A DNA stretch of 24,000 nucleotides from Actinomycetes bacterium (GTDB taxonomy: Bacteria; Actinomycetota; Acidimicrobiia; Acidimicrobiales; Acidimicrobiaceae), in contig JAKCDL010000001.1 in NCBI GenBank assembly GCA_021841935.1, positions 626 through 24,625 on the forward strand. Direction: 5' to 3'. The notes below the pieces were generated by a model that was not told the origin of the DNA, made no database searches, and saw only the letters and a list, made by a program, of their open reading frames with translations. Of this stretch, positions 18,648 to 24,000 are shown piece by piece. A program made the position numbers and the translations under genes. The first letter of the stretch is position 1, and each line of letters opens with the position of its first letter.

Positions 18648-20303
18648 CTACTCGACAGTAGTTAGGTTCATGGAGTTACTAGCGCTCTTCGCATGGTACG
18701 AGCTTCTAGTGTTCGGTGACGACTCGACATGGCTAAATCCAATCTCGTAGCCGTAATCACGAATCTCGGAAAATTCACGGGGGAGATACCAGCGAGCAAC
18801 CGCTGCGTGCTTTTTAGTAGGTCGCAAATATTGACCCACAGTTAGTATCGACACCCCGACGCTTCTGAGATCTCGCATCGTCGCCTTTATCTCTTCCATT
18901 GTTTCACCGAGCCCAACGATGATTCCAGACTTAGTCACAAGACCATCGTTTGCAGCTCTCGCCAACACAGTCAATGAACGTGCGTAACTAGCCTGAGGTC
19001 GGACAGCTCTCTGCAATCGAATAACCGTCTCGATATTGTGGTTCAGAACCTCTGGTCGTGCATCAAAGATTATCTTTTGGGAGTCGAAGTCTCCCTTGCA
19101 ATCGGGAATCAGAACCTCGACTTGGCAACCGTTGCGCTGTTCCTTGATAGCTCTAATGGTATTGGCAAAGGCAGTCGCTCCACCATCATCAAGATCATCG
19201 CGTGCAACAGCCGTCACGACAGCAAAGTCCAACTTCATTTCGTCAACCGCTTGAGCGACTCGCCTAGCCTCTTCTGGGTCTATGGGCTGAGGTTTATCGG
19301 TCTTTACTAAACAAAATGAACAAGACCTGGTGCAATCTTCACCGTTGATCATGAATGTCGCAGTTCCCTCGCTCCAACATTCGAAGATATTAGGACAGCC
19401 CGCCTCTTCGCAGACGGTAACCAATGACAGAGATCGCATTGTCGAGCGGACGTCATTGAAGTCATCACCCATCTTGGCATTCATCCTCAACCAATCGGGC
19501 TTTCTAGACCGTAGAGTAACCGCCGTTGATGCGTCTACTCCGGCGCTCGCCAAACGGCGATCCATCGAACGATCGCCCGATACTTCAAGTGGAGCTACTC
19601 TCCTTACTTGAACACGCGAATCCTCCTCCGAGGCCACTTCGTAGAAACCTTCGCGCGATGACGCACCGTAGAAGGTCGAAGAGTCAAATTCAAAGACTTC
19701 TGAGGCGATAGAGGCGACTTTGGCCACTACATCTTCGATGTCGACGCCGACTCCTTCCTCTGCCATAGAGGTGACTTTATATTCAGATATTCCACAAGGG
19801 ATAATGTGGCCAAACATGTCCATCTCGGTGGAGACGTTCAAAGCAAAGCCGTGCATCGAACGACCCCGAGTAACACGCACACCTATGGCGGCAATCTTGC
19901 GAAGATCTCCATTGATTGAATTGACCCAAACCCCTGGATAACCCTCGTTTCGAAATGCAGTTATGCCAAAGGTTGCGAGCGTTCGTATTAACGTCTCTTC
20001 AATTCGATTCACAAAATTTGGTATCGCGTTAGAGCCCGACTCGACGTCAACAATGAAGTAACCAACGAGCTGCCCAGGGCCGTGATACGTTACGTCACCT
20101 CCACGATCAACCTCGACTACAGTAGCCCCAACCGAAATTGGATCCACCAATATGTTTTCCTTCTTCGCACGAACTCCCATGGTATAGACGTGAGGATGTT
20201 CAAGTAGAAGTAGGTAATTATTTGTAGAGTGCTCCATCAAGCGATGTTGGAGGTCAAGCGCCTCAGGGTAAGTCACCTTCGAAAGCCATCTGACTTCAAG
20301 CAT
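18648..20303 (-). CDS. Fused octanoyltransferase-lipoyl synthase (LipB-LipA bifunctional protein)
   Basis: One uninterrupted 551-aa ORF. Residues about 1-205 are LipB (LLEHPHVYTMG, GGDVTYHGPGQLVGY, catalytic Lys in RKIAAIGVRV and Cys in IPCGI). Residues about 265-551 are LipA (KPDWLR, auxiliary-cluster CEEAGCPNIFEC, radical-SAM CTRSCSFC, C-terminal RSSY). Strong SD AAGGAGGA upstream of the ATG. Confidence 0.9.
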   Translation of the reverse strand: MLEVRWLSKVTYPEALDLQHRLMEHSTNNYLLLLEHPHVYTMGVRAKKENILVDPISVGATVVEVDRGGDVTYHGPGQLVGYFIVDVESGSNAIPNFVNRIEETLIRTLATFGITAFRNEGYPGVWVNSINGDLRKIAAIGVRVTRGRSMHGFALNVSTEMDMFGHIIPCGISEYKVTSMAEEGVGVDIEDVVAKVASIASEVFEFDSSTFYGASSREGFYEVASEEDSRVQVRRVAPLEVSGDRSMDRRLASAGVDASTAVTLRSRKPDWLRMNAKMGDDFNDVRSTMRSLSLVTVCEEAGCPNIFECWSEGTATFMINGEDCTRSCSFCLVKTDKPQPIDPEEARRVAQAVDEMKLDFAVVTAVARDDLDDGGATAFANTIRAIKEQRNGCQVEVLIPDCKGDFDSQKIIFDARPEVLNHNIETVIRLQRAVRPQASYARSLTVLARAANDGLVTKSGIIVGLGETMEEIKATMRDLRSVGVSILTVGQYLRPTKKHAAVARWYLPREFSEIRDYGYEIGFSHVESSPNTRSSYHAKSASNSMNLTTVE

Positions 20304-20368
20304 GATTCCTCCTTGATATTTGCGTAAAAATTAAGCGGAACAAAAATTTCGCACTGTTAAACGAAGAA

Positions 20369-20418
20369 GCGCTATGGAAGATAGCCTACCCGAGCAAGGT
20401 GACTACATTCCATAGCGC
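20369..20418 (-). terminator. 11-bp perfect stem with a 28-nt loop between E2 and lipB-lipA; terminator or attenuator candidate
   Basis: GCGCTATGGAA at 20369-20379 pairs with TTCCATAGCGC at 20408-20418. On the minus strand it is followed by ttcttcgttt. Confidence 0.4.
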
Positions 20419-20434
20419 AAATTGACTTAGGGTA

Positions 20435-21934
20435 TTAGAACTCTTGTGCCCAATTCCAAGTTTCGATTATCTCTTTCATCCGTGCCAAAAATGCAGCGGC
20501 GTACGCTCCATCTATGACGCGATGATCGAATGCGATAGCGAGGATTCCAACAGAGTGAATGGCGATACTCTCTGATCCATCGGGTAGCGCAACTACAACT
20601 GGCTTGCGCTTAACTCCGTCGGTAGAGAGGATAGCCACCTGTGGCTGATTGATAATTGGATACGTTATGAAGGTGCCAAATGGTCCCGGGTTGGTGATAG
20701 TAAAGGTACCCCCCGAGAGCTCATCAGCATTTAGTCGCTTAGTTCTAGCCCTGGTAGCTAGGTCGCGAATCTCTCGTGCGAGTCCCTTGAGGCGCTTTTG
20801 ATCAGCCCCATGGATCACAGGAGCAATGAGTCCTTCGAGCTCCAAGTCAACCGCGATCGAAAGATTTAGATCGTGATGGACGATCAACTCATCTTCGCCA
20901 ACCGAGGCATTTAGATACTTGTAGGTCCTCAACGCTTCAACAGTCGCGCGCGCAAGGAATGGGAGGTAAGTAAGGGTAAAACCCTCCTCCTGCTTGAACG
21001 AATCGCGCAGCAGGTTTCGTACCTTTTCCACATTCTCATAGTCAACTTCGATCGAGACCAGAGTGTGCGCAGAGGTAGCCTTTGAACGCACCATATGCTC
21101 AGCCGTACGGCGTCTGATGTTATTGAAAGGTATAACTTCGTCACGTGCAGAAGCCGAAACAGGCGCATAAGCTGCCGGCCTAACAGAAGGCGACTCAGCT
21201 GGAAGCGGGCGAGGAGATGCTGCCTGAGGAGCCGGTGCGGCAACTGGGGCAGGTGCCGCGGTCGGAGTCACGACTGGAGCAGGAGCTGATGGAACTACAA
21301 CGGGTTGGACCGGCGCTGCTTGGGGAGCTGGCGCATCTGCAACCACGCGAGCTGGCTGCGGCGAACCCTGCGCGATTGTATCCAAGTGATTCAAGACGTC
21401 AGATCGGGTTATTCTTCCGCCAGCACCAGTGCCGGTGATTCTTGCCACATCGAGATTATTTTCATCGATCAGGCGTCTCACTACTGGAGAAAGAACTATT
21501 CCTTCGAGATCAGACCGGCTCTCAACAACCGGGCTCGGAGCGGGTGCTGGTGCCGGAGCGGGTGCGACAGTCGGGGGCACAAATTGGGCAGTGACGACCG
21601 GAGCTGGCTCTGGTTCTACGACGCGAGCTTCAACGACTGGAGCGGGCGCCGGTTCCGGAGTTGGCACTGGTGCTGGGCTCGGCGTCGAACCAGCATCAGC
21701 ACTCTCAGATACGACGGCGAGAACAGTTCCAACTGAAACTGTATCTCCCTCTTCTGCCAAGATCTTGGTGAGGTATCCTGATGCCGTTGATGGCACCTCG
21801 GAGTCAACTTTGTCGGTAGATACCTCAAAGAGAACCTCATCAATGGCGATATACTCGCCAACTTTCTTTAGCCATTTGGTAATTGTTCCCTCGGTAACTG
21901 TTTCACCGAGTTGTGGCATTGTAATCTCAGCCAA
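20435..21934 (-). CDS. Dihydrolipoamide acyltransferase, E2 of a 2-oxoacid dehydrogenase complex (SucB/DlaT-like); one lipoyl domain, PSBD, catalytic domain
   Basis: Lipoyl domain (MPQLGETVTEGTITKWLKKVG..EVSTDKVDSEVPS), two long Pro/Ala linkers, PSBD (LSPVVRRLIDENNLDVARITGTGAGGRITRSDV), and a catalytic domain with DHRVIDGA. The track start is TTG 21976. I prefer TTG 21934 (MAEITMPQLGE) because GGAAGGGG lies 8 nt upstream. ATG 21919 is also possible. Confidence 0.9.
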   Translation of the reverse strand: MAEITMPQLGETVTEGTITKWLKKVGEYIAIDEVLFEVSTDKVDSEVPSTASGYLTKILAEEGDTVSVGTVLAVVSESADAGSTPSPAPVPTPEPAPAPVVEARVVEPEPAPVVTAQFVPPTVAPAPAPAPAPSPVVESRSDLEGIVLSPVVRRLIDENNLDVARITGTGAGGRITRSDVLNHLDTIAQGSPQPARVVADAPAPQAAPVQPVVVPSAPAPVVTPTAAPAPVAAPAPQAASPRPLPAESPSVRPAAYAPVSASARDEVIPFNNIRRRTAEHMVRSKATSAHTLVSIEVDYENVEKVRNLLRDSFKQEEGFTLTYLPFLARATVEALRTYKYLNASVGEDELIVHHDLNLSIAVDLELEGLIAPVIHGADQKRLKGLAREIRDLATRARTKRLNADELSGGTFTITNPGPFGTFITYPIINQPQVAILSTDGVKRKPVVVALPDGSESIAIHSVGILAIAFDHRVIDGAYAAAFLARMKEIIETWNWAQEF

Positions 21935-23327
21935 CGTGAAGACCCCTTCCTGTAAGTGCAATAACCGTCTCACCAAATGTTTCGGAGAGAGTTGGGTGTG
22001 GTTGAATAAATGCGGCGACCTCGTCTACGTTTGCTTCCCAGTTAACTGCGAGGTAACCCATGCCAAGTTGTTCTGTCACCCAAGGTCCAGCCATATGAAC
22101 GCCTAAGATGCGTCCGCCGCTACCATCTGGGTTTCTTTCGGCAACTATCTTTACTAATCCTTCAGTTTCGCCGATGATTCGCGCTCGAGAATTTCCGCCA
22201 AATGGATCCTTCTTCACGACGACGTCGTACCCTGCAGCCTTAGCTCCCTCTTCGGTGAGGCCTGCGAACGCAACCTCTGGGTGCGTGTAGATACACCAAG
22301 GAACGTTTTGATAGTCAACCGGTAGCGTCTTCTCGCCGAGAATGGTTTTGATCGCCACAATCGCCTCCGCGAAGCCGACGTGTGCCAACTGAGCAGTGGC
22401 TACGAGATCTCCAATCGCGTAAACCCCAGCTTCGCTAGTGCGCATCATGGAGTCGACCTCGACAAAGCCCCTTTGGTCGACCTTCACCCTTGAATTAGCT
22501 CCAAGTAGGTTGTCGCTAAATGGACGTCGTCCGATCGACATAATCACCTTTTCAACATGAACACTGTTGCCGTCACCAAAAAATACATTGGCTCCAGTCT
22601 CTGTAAGTACATGTCCGGTAACTGAAACGCCTGTGTGCATGGCAATTCCGCGCTTACGGAAGGATCGAATCACAACATCTGCAACGTCCTTATCGCATCC
22701 GGCAAGTAGAGACGGAAGAGCCTCGATGATGGTTACCGATACCCCTAAATCGCTCATAAGTGATGCAAACTCACAACCGATAGCACCGCCACCGATTATG
22801 GCCACGCTGCTCGGAAGCTGCCTCATTGCTAAGACTTCATCAGAGGTAATGATCGTTTCGCCATCTATATCAAAGCCAGGGATGGTCCTCGGGACTGAAC
22901 CTGACGCTAAAATGACTGAATCACCAACGACTTCTTCTCCATTGCTGACCGCTACGAGGCCATCACCTAAGTAGGTTCCCGTTCCCTCAACGATCTCAAT
23001 CTTTCGCCCCTTCATAAGGCCCGAAAGGCCCTTCCAGAGTTGATCGACTACCTTTTGCTTGCGGTCTTGCGTGATCGAAAAGTCAATAGTCGGTTCAGAG
23101 GAGAAGATTCCAAACTCTTTGGCTCCAGCCACACTTCTGTAGGTTGCAGCGCTCTCGAGAAATTCTTTGGCTGGTATGCATCCTCTGTGAAGGCACGTTC
23201 CGCCCACTTTTTCCTTCTCTACTACGCATACACTAAGACCAGCGCTAGCACCGTAGAGCGCCGCCGCGTAACCACCTGGGCCACCGCCGACAATCACGAC
23301 GTCATAATTTTTCGCCGTCGGAATCAC
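21927..23327 (-). CDS. lpdA: Dihydrolipoyl dehydrogenase (E3)
   Basis: FAD fold VVIVGGGPGGY, redox disulfide GGTCLHRGCIPAK, NAD fold IIGGGAIGCEFA, C-terminal His-Glu dyad HPTLSE. GTG start; an in-frame stop 7 codons upstream limits extension. Confidence 0.93.
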   Translation of the reverse strand: MIPTAKNYDVVIVGGGPGGYAAALYGASAGLSVCVVEKEKVGGTCLHRGCIPAKEFLESAATYRSVAGAKEFGIFSSEPTIDFSITQDRKQKVVDQLWKGLSGLMKGRKIEIVEGTGTYLGDGLVAVSNGEEVVGDSVILASGSVPRTIPGFDIDGETIITSDEVLAMRQLPSSVAIIGGGAIGCEFASLMSDLGVSVTIIEALPSLLAGCDKDVADVVIRSFRKRGIAMHTGVSVTGHVLTETGANVFFGDGNSVHVEKVIMSIGRRPFSDNLLGANSRVKVDQRGFVEVDSMMRTSEAGVYAIGDLVATAQLAHVGFAEAIVAIKTILGEKTLPVDYQNVPWCIYTHPEVAFAGLTEEGAKAAGYDVVVKKDPFGGNSRARIIGETEGLVKIVAERNPDGSGGRILGVHMAGPWVTEQLGMGYLAVNWEANVDEVAAFIQPHPTLSETFGETVIALTGRGLHVG

Positions 23328-23360
23328 CTCCGCACTCTCTATACATCATGAAACCAAACA

Positions 23361-23389
23361 GCCACTTGATCCATTTCGGTCAAAGTGGC
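23361..23389 (-). terminator. Hairpin plus T-rich tail downstream of rnhB (terminator candidate)
   Basis: On the minus strand, GCCACTTTGA..TCAAGTGGC forms about 9 bp with one bulge and a 10-nt loop, followed by tgtttggtttcat. Confidence 0.35.
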
Positions 23390-23451
23390 CTCTACCTTCA
23401 ACTCATACTTTATGTTGAAAACCATGCCGTTGGCAAAACCGGGTTGCCACA

Positions 23452-24000
23452 TTAAAGATTTTGTTCAAAAAGTATCATCTGAGCATCTTCAAAAATCTCC
23501 AAAGGTGGGATCGTTGCACAATCTAAAAATGGGCGAGCAAATGACCAACTTCGCCTATGGATTGCAGAAAGTCCAAATATCCCTATCGAAGCTCGGTGGC
23601 GAGGTGAGGGGTAGCCAACGTTCGAGGCAAAGTTCCAAAATGGATATTCATCATCGAGATCTACCATAACCCTATCTCGAAATACTTTGGCCACCACGCT
23701 TGCAGATGCAATCACCGCGCTCTTGCGATCGCCGCCGACGATCGTCACTACCTTCGAGTCGCCGGCTTCCAAGTAGTCATACTTACCATCCAAAAGAAGC
23801 AATGAGTGTGCTCCATCTAGACCAAGTGAACTCAATGCCCGCTTTGCCCCCTCTGTCAACCCCTTAGCCAAACCGAAGCTATCGATCTCAAAGTGAGAAA
23901 CAGAACCGATCCCCACCCTAAAGTATTTACGAATTAGAAGATCTGCTGAATCCCTGGCTCTTCGACTTAGCCTCTTAGAGTCATCAACAAACCGTTCAAA
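23452..24000 (-). CDS. rnhB: Ribonuclease HII, 3' part only (N-terminus lies beyond the right edge)
   Basis: The frame stays open upstream of the track's GTG at 23916, all the way to position 24000: FERFVDDSKRLSRRARDSADLLIRKYFR. This includes the DSK(R/K)LS motif. Downstream motifs are LLLDGK, GGDRKSAVIASASVVAKVFRD, GYPSPRH and IHRRSW. Confidence 0.85.
   Translation of the reverse strand, partial: FERFVDDSKRLSRRARDSADLLIRKYFRVGIGSVSHFEIDSFGLAKGLTEGAKRALSSLGLDGAHSLLLLDGKYDYLEAGDSKVVTIVGGDRKSAVIASASVVAKVFRDRVMVDLDDEYPFWNFASNVGYPSPRHRASIGIFGLSAIHRRSWSFARPFLDCATIPPLEIFEDAQMILFEQNL

Noticed and set aside
21095-22106. Several long plus-strand ORFs (64-225 aa) antisense to E2
   Set aside because: They arise from the GC-rich, repetitive Pro/Ala linker codons (GCN/CCN), which stay open on the opposite strand. 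Their translations are Gly/Arg/Ser-rich low complexity.

Overview
This window reads as core chromosome from an autotrophic bacterium; I see no mobile or defence island. The lpd-E2-lipB-lipA synteny, the frequent GTG/TTG starts and the GAF/NarL-type two-component pair suggest an actinobacterium, possibly Acidimicrobiia-like. That taxonomic call is inference only.

Gene content from left to right:
- The 5' part of a secreted FN3 + parallel beta-helix repeat protein (minus strand, runs off the left edge).
- Cobalamin-dependent methionine synthase metH (plus strand), preceded by a structured leader.
- A Calvin-Benson-Bassham (CBB) cluster on the minus strand, in two blocks: cbbL-cbbS-cbbX (red-type form I RuBisCO plus the CbbX activase) and rpe-tkt-glpX-prk. 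A plus-strand NarL-family response regulator and a soluble GAF histidine kinase separate the blocks.
- An M24B Xaa-Pro peptidase, then copZ-copA copper efflux.
- A single ORF fusing LipB to LipA.
- A 2-oxoacid dehydrogenase E2 and dihydrolipoyl dehydrogenase.
- A partial rnhB that runs off the right edge.

I found no tRNA, rRNA, CRISPR array, transposase, integrase or recognisable defence genes. I cannot point to a wholly new multi-gene system. The points most worth following up are:
- the two-component pair embedded in the CBB cluster, with no adjacent cbbR;
- the LipB-LipA fusion;
- a cyanobacterial/archaeal-like PRK paired with red-type RuBisCO and CbbX;
- several candidate cis-elements: the metH leader, the cbbS-cbbX stem-loop, a palindrome upstream of cbbL, and a CsoR-like operator at copZ.

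All family assignments come from reading motifs in the supplied translations by eye. No database search was run.
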